Shown in pieces: positions 17,314 to 27,032 of a DNA stretch of 64,000 bases (positions within the stretch are counted from its first letter, which is position 1; every line of letters starts with the position of its first letter). The position numbers and the translations under genes were made by a program. Below the pieces are notes generated by a model. It saw nothing but the letters and a program-made list of their open reading frames with translations, ran no database searches and was not told where the DNA came from. Source of the DNA: Sumerlaeia bacterium (GTDB lineage Bacteria; Sumerlaeota; Sumerlaeia; SLMS01; JAHLLQ01); NCBI GenBank assembly GCA_040219255.1, contig JAVJSW010000011.1, positions 1 through 64,000 of the forward strand, in the 5' to 3' direction.

Positions 17314-18509
17314 ATCGCCTCATACTCGCTCGCCCACGCGTCCAGCCGGGGCGAGCGCGCGAACGTCTCTTTCGCCTGCCGGGCCAGCGTCCCGCGCAAG
17401 GTGTCGTCCCGCAGGAGCCGGAGCAGAGCCTCCGCGAGGGCGGCGGAATCGCCGATCGGAATCGTCAGTCCATTCTCGCCGGGAACCACCAGGTCCCGCA
17501 GACCCGGCACGCGCGTGACGACCACCGGCAGGCCACGGGCGAAGGCCTCCAGAATCGCGTACGGATGCCCCTCCCAAAGCGACGTGAGAACAAAGACATC
17601 CATCAGGTCGTAATAAGGAAGCGGATCGTCGAGGGCGCCGGTGAAAAGAACGTGCGCCTCCAGATCCAACTCCCGCACTCGAGCTTTGGCGGACGCCAGA
17701 AGAGGACCGTCACCGATCAGGAGAAACCGAGTCGAAGGCTGCTCCGCCACCACCCGTGGAAGGGCTTCGATCAGGTGCCGATGGCCCTTTTGCGGCCGAA
17801 AGTGAGCCACCATGCCAACGATCCGGTGGTCCTCGCCGATGCTGAGCCTGCCGCGCAACTTACGCCTCCGGCGCTCACAGACCGCCTGGCTCCACTTCTC
17901 GTGACAGAGCGCGTTCGGCAGCACCGGCAGAGCCATCGTCCTCTCTGGCGCCAGACGATGACGCCGGGCGATCAGCCGCTCATCCTCCGAAACGAACAAA
18001 AAGTGATCGTGAAACAACCCCGCCAGTCGCTCCAGCCAAAGATAGAAGTGACCCTTCAGGCCGTCCTGGCGGTACTGAAACGCGAAGCTATGGGGGGAAT
18101 AGATCACGCAGGGGCGACGAGCGAAAAGGCAGGCCAGCCGCCCAAGGAATCCCGCCTTGGAGGAATGGAGGTGGACAATGTCGAACCCGCCCCCGCGCAA
18201 GGCCGCGCAAAGGCGGAAAAAGGCGGCCGCGTCGGCCACCGGCGAGATCTCGCGCGTCATGGGAATTTCTTCGCACCGGATGCCTCGCTCCCGAAAATCC
18301 GCCAAGTCCTCGATGAATCGCGGGCCGCGGCGGGCCGAGTAGAACAGCGTGACTTCAAAACGTCGCAGATCGATTTTCTCCAGCAGAAGGTACAGATGAC
18401 GCCGCGTGCCTCCCGTGGTCGCTTCCAAGACGACCGCCAGTTTCACACGCCGGACAAGCGCCCCGCCCACACCCTCGGTTCGCCGCGGATAATCGATGGT
18501 GGATGTCAT
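17247..18509 (-). CDS. glycosyltransferase family 4
   Basis: GGTRRH, HLHSSKAG, QKGH, and EX7E motif EGHPYAILE; start MTSTIDY with ATGA overlap. Confidence 0.92.
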   Translation of the reverse strand: MTSTIDYPRRTEGVGGALVRRVKLAVVLEATTGGTRRHLYLLLEKIDLRRFEVTLFYSARRGPRFIEDLADFRERGIRCEEIPMTREISPVADAAAFFRLCAALRGGGFDIVHLHSSKAGFLGRLACLFARRPCVIYSPHSFAFQYRQDGLKGHFYLWLERLAGLFHDHFLFVSEDERLIARRHRLAPERTMALPVLPNALCHEKWSQAVCERRRRKLRGRLSIGEDHRIVGMVAHFRPQKGHRHLIEALPRVVAEQPSTRFLLIGDGPLLASAKARVRELDLEAHVLFTGALDDPLPYYDLMDVFVLTSLWEGHPYAILEAFARGLPVVVTRVPGLRDLVVPGENGLTIPIGDSAALAEALLRLLRDDTLRGTLARQAKETFARSPRLDAWASEYEAIYWRALESSRPARFHAVVSQEG

Positions 18510-19693
18510 CGAGGCACCCGCCCGCCATGACCGGCTTTCCTGGCCCACAACCGACGGTGCAAGGCCATGAGGCGTCTCGCTCCGGATTCTTCCCGCGCCC
18601 ACCACCGATGGCTGTCGATCATTCCCTGGCGGATCAGTTCGTCGGCGGGAACCTCGCCGCGCAAGAGCCGCCCACATTCGCCAGCGAGGGCTCGCGCGTC
18701 GCCTTCGGAAAAACACAGGCCATTGCGCCCGGGGCGGACGATGTCCCGCAGGCCCCCGGTATCGGAGGCGATCACCGGCACCCCGTGCCAGAGCGCCTCC
18801 GCCGCCACGCGGCCGTAGGGCTCGCAGCGCGACGGAACGAGCAGCACGCCCACCTCTGACCACGGCACATCATCCACATAGCCGCGAAAGGAAACAGACG
18901 CAGAAAGGCGAGGGTTCGACTCGACACGCTGGCGCAGAGCCCGGGCGTAGCCGTTCGATCCGCAGGGCGGAGAAGACCCGAAGAAGGCGAACTTCCAATC
19001 GGCAAAGGCCTCGGGTGCCTGCTCCAGGGCCGAAAGCACCAGATCCTGACCCTTTCGCGGGAGGAACTGCCCGACCACCGCGGCGAGCCGGGGCCGCTCG
19101 GCGAAAGGCGTGAACGAGGGCTGAGGCGGCGGATTCGGCCCGAAGATCGGATTACGAAGGCCCACCACCGGCTTGCCAAAAACCGAGGCGGCCTCCTTCA
19201 TCGCCCGCGACGGCACGACGACCACATCGGCGAAACGGAGTAGAACGCGGTGCAGGCCGGGGCGCCGCGGCCAATCCCTCAAGTGGAGAACCACCGGAGG
19301 CCGCCCCCGCCCACGAGCCGCCAGCCACGAAGCCAGCCAGGCGAGCGCCTGCAAGCCGTTGGCGTGAATCGTCGATGGCTCCCATTGGAGCAGGCGCCGC
19401 CAGAGGACCGTCTGGCCGGCGAAGACAGCGGGAACCTGGCGAACCGCTTGCGGACCGGAGAACCTCATGGGAAACATGGGAGCAGACAGGCAAGAGTCTT
19501 CGCCGAGGGTTTGGCCGAGCAGATCGCCCACCGGGCCCTGTGGGCAAATCAGCCGGGGGACGGGTTCGCCCTCCTCTCCGGCCAGCCGGAGCCAGTGGGC
19601 GAGCAGGGCGTGCAAACTCTTCTCCGCACCGTAAACCTCGGGGCAGACGGTGACAAAGCCAACTGTCGGGTTCGCCGCATTCGCCATGGCCAT
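18506..19693 (-). CDS. glycosyltransferase family 4
   Basis: YGAEKS, HAN, RKGQ, and EX7E motif EPYGRVAAE; start uncertain (19687-19723). Confidence 0.88.
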   Translation of the reverse strand: MAMANAANPTVGFVTVCPEVYGAEKSLHALLAHWLRLAGEEGEPVPRLICPQGPVGDLLGQTLGEDSCLSAPMFPMRFSGPQAVRQVPAVFAGQTVLWRRLLQWEPSTIHANGLQALAWLASWLAARGRGRPPVVLHLRDWPRRPGLHRVLLRFADVVVVPSRAMKEAASVFGKPVVGLRNPIFGPNPPPQPSFTPFAERPRLAAVVGQFLPRKGQDLVLSALEQAPEAFADWKFAFFGSSPPCGSNGYARALRQRVESNPRLSASVSFRGYVDDVPWSEVGVLLVPSRCEPYGRVAAEALWHGVPVIASDTGGLRDIVRPGRNGLCFSEGDARALAGECGRLLRGEVPADELIRQGMIDSHRWWAREESGARRLMALHRRLWARKAGHGGRVPR

Positions 19694-19737
19694 TGAATTC
19701 GGCTCTGAAGCGCCGGGAGACAAGGAGAACGTGATCC

Positions 19738-20724
19738 GTGAATGAGAGGGTGCAAGAGTGGGATCTGTCGGAGGGGGCGCGGGCCATTGCCTGGGACGAA
19801 GCGCTCGGCGCGATTCCGGGGGGTGACAACCCGTTCCTTCAGTCCGCCTGGCTGGGGGGTCTGCGTGGATGTCTGGGCCAGGAACTGCGGGCCTTTGCCT
19901 TGCGCGGGAGGGATGACGAAGGCATTCGCGCCGCCATCGCTGGAACCCGATTCGGACGTTGGGGAATCCATGGGCTCCGGCGGCCGTTCGCCACGCCCCT
20001 CTGCTGCCCGGTGGCGGCCTCGCCAGAGGACCGTGATCGGCTCTTCAAGGCGCTACAAGAGCACTACCTCTTCCTGGAAATGGCCTTTCCGCCGGGGGAA
20101 GCGGTTCCCGAAACCTGGGCTGCGGATGGCGCGCGCTTGGGCCAGAAAGCCACCCATTTGCTGGACCTGGGGAATGCCGAGGAACTCTGGAACGGTTTCA
20201 AGGGCGAATTGCGAACGAACATACGAAAGGCACTCAAGCTCGGCATCATGGTCGAGCCTGATGGAGAGGATTGGCCGGGCTTCTTCCGCCTCTATCGCGG
20301 TCTCTTCGAGGAGCGGCTCGGCGCACGCCTTCCCTTCGGCGAACAGCGATTCGCCGAACTCTGCCGCGCCGTCGTCGCCGGCGGCGCGGGCCGTCTGTAC
20401 GAAGCGCGGGACCGGCAAGGCCGGCTGCACGTGTCGGCTTTGATCCTGATCGAACCCCGGCGGGGGCATGCGGCGTACGCCTTGTCCGCCTCCGATCCGG
20501 AGTTGCGCAAGAGCGGCGCGAACAGTTGTCTGCTTTGGCGGGTTTTCCAAGACTGCGAACGGCCAGGAGCCGTTTTCGATTTCGTGGGCGCCAACCTGCC
20601 GAACATGGCCCGCTACAAGCGCAACTTCCGCGGCCGGGAAGCCATGACGTATCAATTGGAAACAGCCCGCTGGCCCTGGGCCGGCAAAGCCCTTCGCGCA
20701 CTGAGACAGGTGCGGGCGTCATGA
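19738..20724 (+). CDS. FemABX-like GNAT-fold protein
   Basis: LWNGFKGELRTNIRKA, SGANSCLLW, FDFVGANLPNMARYKRNF; paralogue of 16318..17313. Confidence 0.82.
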   Translation: MNERVQEWDLSEGARAIAWDEALGAIPGGDNPFLQSAWLGGLRGCLGQELRAFALRGRDDEGIRAAIAGTRFGRWGIHGLRRPFATPLCCPVAASPEDRDRLFKALQEHYLFLEMAFPPGEAVPETWAADGARLGQKATHLLDLGNAEELWNGFKGELRTNIRKALKLGIMVEPDGEDWPGFFRLYRGLFEERLGARLPFGEQRFAELCRAVVAGGAGRLYEARDRQGRLHVSALILIEPRRGHAAYALSASDPELRKSGANSCLLWRVFQDCERPGAVFDFVGANLPNMARYKRNFRGREAMTYQLETARWPWAGKALRALRQVRAS

Positions 20725-21812
20725 CTCCCCCTTCAAGCGTCGCCGTCAACGCGCTCCTTTTCCAGGAGCCGGCGGGAGGCGTCGAGCGCGCCGTGGCGGA
20801 ATGCGCCCGGGCCCTGGCCGCTCAGGCCCCGCCGGCGGGGCGCCGCCTTGTGCTGCATGCGGGAAACGCATTGGGAGAGGAACTGAAGCCTGCCAGCGAA
20901 ACCGTCCTCATCCGGACCGGCGCCTGGAAAAACCGCCTGGCGCGCATGGCGATGGAGCAGCAGCGGGTCCTCCGTGAGTACGGACGCGGGGCCTGGCATC
21001 ACCTCGGTTACATCGCTCCCGTTTGCCATCCCTCCCCCTACAGCCTCTCCGTATACGACATCACGGCCTTGACCCATCCGGAACTCTGCACGGTGGCCAA
21101 TCGGTGGCGTTATGGCCTTTTGCTGGGACGTTCGATCCGGCGGGCGCGCTCGGTGGTGGTTCCTTCGAACGCCGTGGCCGCAGCGATCCGGCGAGCCGTT
21201 GACTTTCGCGGCCGGATCGACGTCATGCCGCTGCCCCTGCCAGCATGGGCCGCCCCGGTCCCGGGGGAGGAATCGCTTCCCTACGAGGCCCGCAAGCATG
21301 TTCTTTTCGCCGGGGATTTCGGGCCGAAGAAAAACCTGCCGTTCCTGCTGCGGCTATACCGGCGCATCCCGCTCAAACTGCGCCGGCGCTACCCGCTTGT
21401 GCTGGTGGGAGGGCGGGGCGAGGCCCAGGCCACTGGTCTGGCATCGGCCGAAGAGCACGTCCTCGCGCGTCCCTATGTCGACGAAGCGCACCTGCGCGAA
21501 CTCTTCCGACAGGCGCTTGTCCTGGTCTACCCCTCCCTCGACGAAGGCTACGGCTTTCCGCCATTGGAGGCCAAGGCCCTGGGGACGCCATGCGTCGTGT
21601 CGGACCGGGGGGCGCTGCCGGAGGTGGCGGGGCGCGCGGGCGGACTGGTGCTGCCTCTTCGCGAGGAGGTCTTCGCGGAAACCTTGACGCGGTTGATGAC
21701 GGACGAGAGCGCCTGGCGCGCGGCGGCGCAGGATCGGGACGGGCTCCCGGGGGGGTGGCGGGATTACGCCGGAAATCTCTGGAAAATTTGGGACGAGGTG
21801 TTCTTCTCGTGA
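20721..21812 (+). CDS. glycosyltransferase family 4 (mannosyltransferase-like)
   Basis: GGVER, VYD, PKKNL, YPSLDEGYGFPPLEA; ATGA overlap with the GNAT gene. Confidence 0.9.
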   Translation: MTPPSSVAVNALLFQEPAGGVERAVAECARALAAQAPPAGRRLVLHAGNALGEELKPASETVLIRTGAWKNRLARMAMEQQRVLREYGRGAWHHLGYIAPVCHPSPYSLSVYDITALTHPELCTVANRWRYGLLLGRSIRRARSVVVPSNAVAAAIRRAVDFRGRIDVMPLPLPAWAAPVPGEESLPYEARKHVLFAGDFGPKKNLPFLLRLYRRIPLKLRRRYPLVLVGGRGEAQATGLASAEEHVLARPYVDEAHLRELFRQALVLVYPSLDEGYGFPPLEAKALGTPCVVSDRGALPEVAGRAGGLVLPLREEVFAETLTRLMTDESAWRAAAQDRDGLPGGWRDYAGNLWKIWDEVFFS

Positions 21813-23062
21813 GTCCGGAACTCGAACCCTTGACTCCCGCCGTCTATCTCGACGCGTTTCCCAAACCGTCCGAGAACTTCATTCATCGCGAACTGGCCTG
21901 CTGGCATCGGCAGCGGCCCGGACTGCGGATCGTCTGCGGCCGGAACCTGCGGCGGGATCGCGTGGACCGGGTTGACGGAAGCGACGCCCTGAGGGCGATC
22001 CCGGTGGACGCGTTAAACCCTCGGGCGGCAGCGTCGCTGCTCCGGCACGGATCGCTGCCACTTCGCCATCCAAGGATTTGGAGGGATCTGTGGCGGAGCG
22101 ATTTTCCCCCGAGGCGGTGCCATCAGGCCGCCCTGTTGGCTCGCTGTCTGCTCGCTCGGCGGGTCCATTGGCTTCACGCCCATTTTTTATCGGAACCGGC
22201 GGAGGCGGCCTTCCTCGCGACCCGGGCGCTCGCGATTCCGCTGACCGTTTCCGCCCACGGGAGCGACGTTTGGGCGCCCCCGCCCGCAAGCCGGGACCGC
22301 CTGCGTGCGGTGGTCGAGTACGCCTCGCTCGTGCTCTGCTGCAGCCGCCGCGGCCAGGAAGATCTACAAGAGCGCTACCCGGATTACGCGGAGCGCATCG
22401 TCCTGAATCACCATGGGGTCATGCCGCCGCCAATGGCTCCCGGCTCGGGCGGGGGCGAAACCGGCGCGCCGTTCCGGCTGGCCGCGGCGGGGCGGTTGGT
22501 CGAGAAGAAAGGGTTCGCGACGCTCCTCCACGCGGTGGCCATGGCGAAGCAACGGGGGGTGGCGGTTCGGCTGACCCTTTGCGGGGAAGGCCCCGAGCGA
22601 CCGGCGCTGGATGTCCTGCGCCGCGAACTGGGCCTCGAACGCGAGGTGGAACTGCGACCCTTTCTGCCCTACGCCGATTGGATCGCGGTGGCCGCCGGAG
22701 CCGACGCGGTCGTCATTCCGTCCCTCGACCAGGCCAGCGACGGCGACCGGGATGGCATTCCCAACGTCCTCCTGGAAGCGATGGCGACTGGCGCCCTGGT
22801 GATTTCGACGCCGCATCACGGGGCCCTGGAGGTCTTGCAGGGAACGGGGGCGGCGTTCCTGGCCGAAGATTTCTCAGCGAAGTCGCTGGCATGGGCCATC
22901 GCGCAAGCCTGGGCCGCGCGGGGGCGCTGGCCAGCCGCGCGCCAGGAAGCCCGACGGATCGTCTTACTCCACTTCGACGCGGGGCGCCAGGCCCAGCGAG
23001 CCCTCCGGCTTCTCGAGGACTCGGTTCGTCTTTCCTTGAAGCCCGACCGGCTTCGCCTGTAA
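21809..23062 (+). CDS. glycosyltransferase family 4 (WcaL-like)
   Basis: FPKPSENFIHRE, HAHF, AHGSDV, GRLVEKKG, DGIPNVLLEAMA; GTGA overlap. Confidence 0.9.
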   Translation: MSPELEPLTPAVYLDAFPKPSENFIHRELACWHRQRPGLRIVCGRNLRRDRVDRVDGSDALRAIPVDALNPRAAASLLRHGSLPLRHPRIWRDLWRSDFPPRRCHQAALLARCLLARRVHWLHAHFLSEPAEAAFLATRALAIPLTVSAHGSDVWAPPPASRDRLRAVVEYASLVLCCSRRGQEDLQERYPDYAERIVLNHHGVMPPPMAPGSGGGETGAPFRLAAAGRLVEKKGFATLLHAVAMAKQRGVAVRLTLCGEGPERPALDVLRRELGLEREVELRPFLPYADWIAVAAGADAVVIPSLDQASDGDRDGIPNVLLEAMATGALVISTPHHGALEVLQGTGAAFLAEDFSAKSLAWAIAQAWAARGRWPAARQEARRIVLLHFDAGRQAQRALRLLEDSVRLSLKPDRLRL

Positions 23063-23119
23063 AGCTTGCCCCGCCCACTCTCGGCCCCAACTTCTTAGCG
23101 TCTGGTTCGCCTTCGCGTC

Positions 23120-26100
23120 ATGAACACGTTGCTTCGCGCTCTGATTTTTTTACTGGGATTCTCGACTCCCGCCGTCTTCTCGCTCGGCCTGATGCGTGCG
23201 CAAGCGGAGGTCTTCGGCGTCCGGTGCTCCGTGGCGGGACTCCTTCTGGTTCCGATTCTCGCGGTCGCCGTTTTGGCGCGGAAGGTTTCCTGGCGGAGTT
23301 TGCTCAAGGGCTGTCCCTGGCTGCTCTTCTTCGGCCTGCTGGCGGCGGGGGCGTTGGCGCAGGGGGGGGGCGGCGGATTGGTCCGCTTTGCCCAGGTCGG
23401 CGGATTGATCGGTCTCGCCCTGCTGGCTGGCGCGTCCTTGACCGGCCGGCGAGAGTCCATGGCGCTCGTGTCTGGACTGTCGGCGGCGGCGGCGGTCAAT
23501 TTGCTGTGGGCTCTGGGCCAGACTATCGCGGGCAACGATGCCTATTACGTTCGCGGGATGCTGCCGACCAACGCGGTCTATTCGCTCTGGATGCTGATGG
23601 CCTTTCCCTGTCTGGTAGTGACGATCGGGCGGTGGAAGGGCCTCGCGCCAGCTTGGAGGTTCGGTTTCGCCGGGCCGCTGGCGTTGGCCATGGCGGCCAC
23701 CTTCGGGGATTTCGGATACGCGCTGGCGCTGGCGGTGCAATGCCTTGCGTCCATGTTCTTTTTTTCCCCGGAGTTGAGGCGCGTCCGCTGGGCGGCAACG
23801 GGTTTGGCGGTCGCGGTACTGGCGGTGCAAGCGGCCAGCCATCCGGTGGAAACGCGCCGGTTCTTCAGCGTCCACGAATACGCCGACGTGGCCAGCGCGT
23901 ACGCCCGCGGAGCGCACCTGGCTCAAACAGAGCCGGGAACCTTGCTGAACGTGAGCCTGGGCGAGCGCGGCGCGGTCCGCGTGCAGGCGCCGTTTCTTCC
24001 CCTAGAGCCGGCGCCGCCCCCCGATTTTGACCGCTCATTCGACCCGGAAATCCTCAAGCAGCGCCTTGCGGAATGGATTGCCGCGGTCAGAATGGCAGCC
24101 GACAGGCCCCTGCTTGGTGTCGGATTGGGCAACTACCAAGCCAACATCGGGCGCTACTATTCGCCAATGCCAAAACTGAACACGAGCGACCCGGACACGC
24201 AGAACGGTTGGCTGGTCGTGTTGTCCTCGATCGGTTTCCCAGCGACCGCTCTGCTGGCGATTCTGGTGGTGGCGGGGGCTTGCGCCGGGGCCCGGGAAAT
24301 CGAGGAATCGGCGGCGCCGGAGGCGGCTACGGCTGGAGGTCTGGGCTTGCTCGGGTTGGCTGCCGGCGGATTCTGGGCGCCTTTTTTTCAGACCGGCCTT
24401 TTCGTTCCCCTCGGCCTGCTGTCCGGTGTTGTTCTGGCCCAGGTTGGGCCGGATTGGGCGTCCGTTTTTCGCGCGCTCGTCTTCCGCGCCAGCCGGCCGG
24501 CTCCATCGTCCCGGCTGGCGTGGGGCGCTGTCGGCGTTTTCCTCCTCTCGGTGGCGATTCCGGTGGGGGCGGCGATGCTCCGCCCGCGCGCCGAGGCGCC
24601 CGCTCCCCGGAACGCGGTTTACTTGTGGCTCGAAGCGGAGGATGCGTCCCGAATTCAGGCTCCGATGGAGTTGGCCTCGCAGGCGGGGGCGTCGCGTGGC
24701 GGCACCGTGCGCATTCCCGAAGGCGTGGGCGCCGGCTGGCGCGAAGAGGGAGGAGGCAGTGCTAGCTGGGTTGTCGACGTCCCGGCCGCCGGCGAGTACT
24801 CACTCTGGGCGCGCACCTGGTGGGAAGACGCCTGTGGCAACGCCTTTTTCCTCAAGGTAAACGATGGTCCCCAACTGATCCTGGGCAACGACGCCGACTT
24901 CCGGCGCTGGCACTGGGTCGGCATCGAGAGGCTGCGGCTGTCAGCGGGGGAGAACACGCTCTTGCTCTCGAACCGCGAGGACGGAGTTCATCTCGACAAA
25001 CTGTTGATCACGAACGATCCAACGTTCGTGCCCAAGGGCGCCTGGGACGTGGCCTTCGCCCAGCGGCTCGATTCGGCCCAGCCCTGGGGCTGGATCGCCT
25101 CGGAGGGGTCGGCCTGGGAAACGGTCGTCATCGGAGGCGAAACCGCCTTGGCCGCGCCGCCGGCGGCAGAGGCGCCCGCCCACCTGCTGGTGATCGACCA
25201 TGTGCTCGAGGAAGACCTGATCGCCCGCGGCGAAGTGTACTTCCCAAGCGAGAGCAGCGAAGTGAGTTTGCTCTACCTGCACGAAAACGCCGGCAATTAC
25301 TTTGCCTTCGATCTGAGCCCGGGCGAGGTGGCTTTCCGGCGCGTCCGCGATGGGCAACCGGAACCTCTGGCGAGTGCCGAAGGGGTCAATTTGCCGCTCG
25401 AGACTTGGAATTCGGTCGAACTCGAATCCCGCAACGGCGTTATCGTTCTTCGAGTCGAAGGAGAACCGGTGCTGGAAACGGTGGAGCGCCGGGTCCAGCG
25501 GGGCCGCGTCGGACTGGCTTCCGCCGGCGGCGGAGGCGCCGCGGTGCGCCGATTTACTCTCGAGCCCAATGTCGCCATCGGGTTCCGTCGGGAATTCTCT
25601 GGCTCGGATACGAGCGAGGAACTGACCGTCGGCGACGAAGACTGGAGCAATTACGTCGTCTCGCTGGAAATGCGTGAGGCAGCGGCGCCCATCGGCCTCA
25701 CGGTGGCTGGTCTGGAATTGGTGCGTGACGGCGCCGGGGCGTGGGCTTTGAAGGATCGGTTCGAGAACGCGATCCACTCCTTCAGTGAGGACTCCACCCT
25801 GCCGCTCCCGCAAGAAAACCTCTCGTTGCGCTGCTTCGAGCACGAGGTGGTGCTCCACCTCGACGGGCGCGAGGCGGGACGGGTCCCCTTCTCGCCAGCC
25901 CGCATCCTCAAGGGGCCGGTCGAAGTGCCAGCTCTCGAGGGCGTGGCGGCCGTGGACGTGCGAGGCATTCGCCGGTTCTACGACGGATTCGGGGGCTGCG
26001 ACGGCAACAACTCCGCGTCCTGGACGCCCCAATCCGGGCGCTGGCAAGTGATGACGAACCCGGCCATCGGCAGCGTGGACAGTTTCGCCCAATTGGCTCC

Positions 26101-26521
26101 GGGAAAAGCCCTGGCTCTGGCGGGGGAAGGGTTTTGGCAGCAGTACGACATGGACTGCCTGCTGCGCCATTCGGGGCACGAGGCCATCGGTTTCATCTAC
26201 GCCTGGCAAGACGTGGACAACCACCGGGCGGTACGTTGGGAGCGCCCCACGGCCGACACCGGCGGGCGCCTGAGGCTTGTTGAAACCAAGGATGGCGTGG
26301 AGCGGGAACTGGTGTCGGCTCCGCTGGATCTGGAATTGGGGCGGTGGTACGAACTGGCCAAACGAACCTCTCCGGACGGCGCGGTTCGCGTCTTGGTGGA
26401 CGGGGAACCGGTTCTGGAGGCACGCGGAGGCGAGGACGCCCAGGCTCGGGGCAAAATCGGGCTCTTCAGCGAAGGCCCCCCGGGGGCGTTCTTCGACAAC
26501 GTGCGGGTGGATTTTTTCTGA
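23120..26521 (+). CDS. O-antigen ligase/O-oligosaccharyltransferase-like membrane protein fused to extracytoplasmic CBM-like and LamG/DUF1080-like domains
   Basis: Many TM segments in the first ~490 aa with Wzy_C-type RLAEW..AVRMAADRPLLGVGLGNY; then YLWLEAED...LDKLLITNDP and further beta domains ending GKIGL..FFDNVRV. Confidence 0.8.
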   Translation: MNTLLRALIFLLGFSTPAVFSLGLMRAQAEVFGVRCSVAGLLLVPILAVAVLARKVSWRSLLKGCPWLLFFGLLAAGALAQGGGGGLVRFAQVGGLIGLALLAGASLTGRRESMALVSGLSAAAAVNLLWALGQTIAGNDAYYVRGMLPTNAVYSLWMLMAFPCLVVTIGRWKGLAPAWRFGFAGPLALAMAATFGDFGYALALAVQCLASMFFFSPELRRVRWAATGLAVAVLAVQAASHPVETRRFFSVHEYADVASAYARGAHLAQTEPGTLLNVSLGERGAVRVQAPFLPLEPAPPPDFDRSFDPEILKQRLAEWIAAVRMAADRPLLGVGLGNYQANIGRYYSPMPKLNTSDPDTQNGWLVVLSSIGFPATALLAILVVAGACAGAREIEESAAPEAATAGGLGLLGLAAGGFWAPFFQTGLFVPLGLLSGVVLAQVGPDWASVFRALVFRASRPAPSSRLAWGAVGVFLLSVAIPVGAAMLRPRAEAPAPRNAVYLWLEAEDASRIQAPMELASQAGASRGGTVRIPEGVGAGWREEGGGSASWVVDVPAAGEYSLWARTWWEDACGNAFFLKVNDGPQLILGNDADFRRWHWVGIERLRLSAGENTLLLSNREDGVHLDKLLITNDPTFVPKGAWDVAFAQRLDSAQPWGWIASEGSAWETVVIGGETALAAPPAAEAPAHLLVIDHVLEEDLIARGEVYFPSESSEVSLLYLHENAGNYFAFDLSPGEVAFRRVRDGQPEPLASAEGVNLPLETWNSVELESRNGVIVLRVEGEPVLETVERRVQRGRVGLASAGGGGAAVRRFTLEPNVAIGFRREFSGSDTSEELTVGDEDWSNYVVSLEMREAAAPIGLTVAGLELVRDGAGAWALKDRFENAIHSFSEDSTLPLPQENLSLRCFEHEVVLHLDGREAGRVPFSPARILKGPVEVPALEGVAAVDVRGIRRFYDGFGGCDGNNSASWTPQSGRWQVMTNPAIGSVDSFAQLAPGKALALAGEGFWQQYDMDCLLRHSGHEAIGFIYAWQDVDNHRAVRWERPTADTGGRLRLVETKDGVERELVSAPLDLELGRWYELAKRTSPDGAVRVLVDGEPVLEARGGEDAQARGKIGLFSEGPPGAFFDNVRVDFF

Positions 26522-26585
26522 GCCGTCCCGTCTTGGCGCGGCGGACAAGATTCTTGAGACCTTGCTGTGGCGGGAGAGATAAGCG

Positions 26586-26972
26586 ATGCAATACTTGGCG
26601 CTGTTCGGGGCACTCTGCGGCTTTGGCACCTTCTACCTGATGGGGTCCCTCAACGTCTACGCCGGCCTGTGGTGGATTGCGCCACTGGCCATGATCAATG
26701 TCTGGTACGCCGCCAGCATCGGGTTGCGCATCCGCATTCTGAGGCGCAAAGGTTGGCGCATCGGATATTTCACGCCCTTGCGCATGAACGACTGGAGCAC
26801 CGCGGACAACATGCCGCCTCGCGATGAATGCGCGCTCACCTTGCTCTATGACGCGAAGGACAGCGAGATCCGCAACCTTCGGCGTTTCAGCCAAGCGTAT
26901 TGCCTGCAAAGGACAAAGGGAGCGTCCGGCCAGCACATCGGGGATGCGCAGCACGGGTCGATCGCGTCTTGA
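26586..26972 (+). CDS. small hypothetical membrane protein
   Basis: 128 aa, two hydrophobic segments, upstream GGAGAG, fills the gap between genes. Confidence 0.55.
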   Translation: MQYLALFGALCGFGTFYLMGSLNVYAGLWWIAPLAMINVWYAASIGLRIRILRRKGWRIGYFTPLRMNDWSTADNMPPRDECALTLLYDAKDSEIRNLRRFSQAYCLQRTKGASGQHIGDAQHGSIAS

Positions 26973-27032
26973 CACCACTGCGCCAAGCCCCTTGCGTGAG
27001 TTTCACCGCGACCTGCTCAGGAGTTCCCCCTC

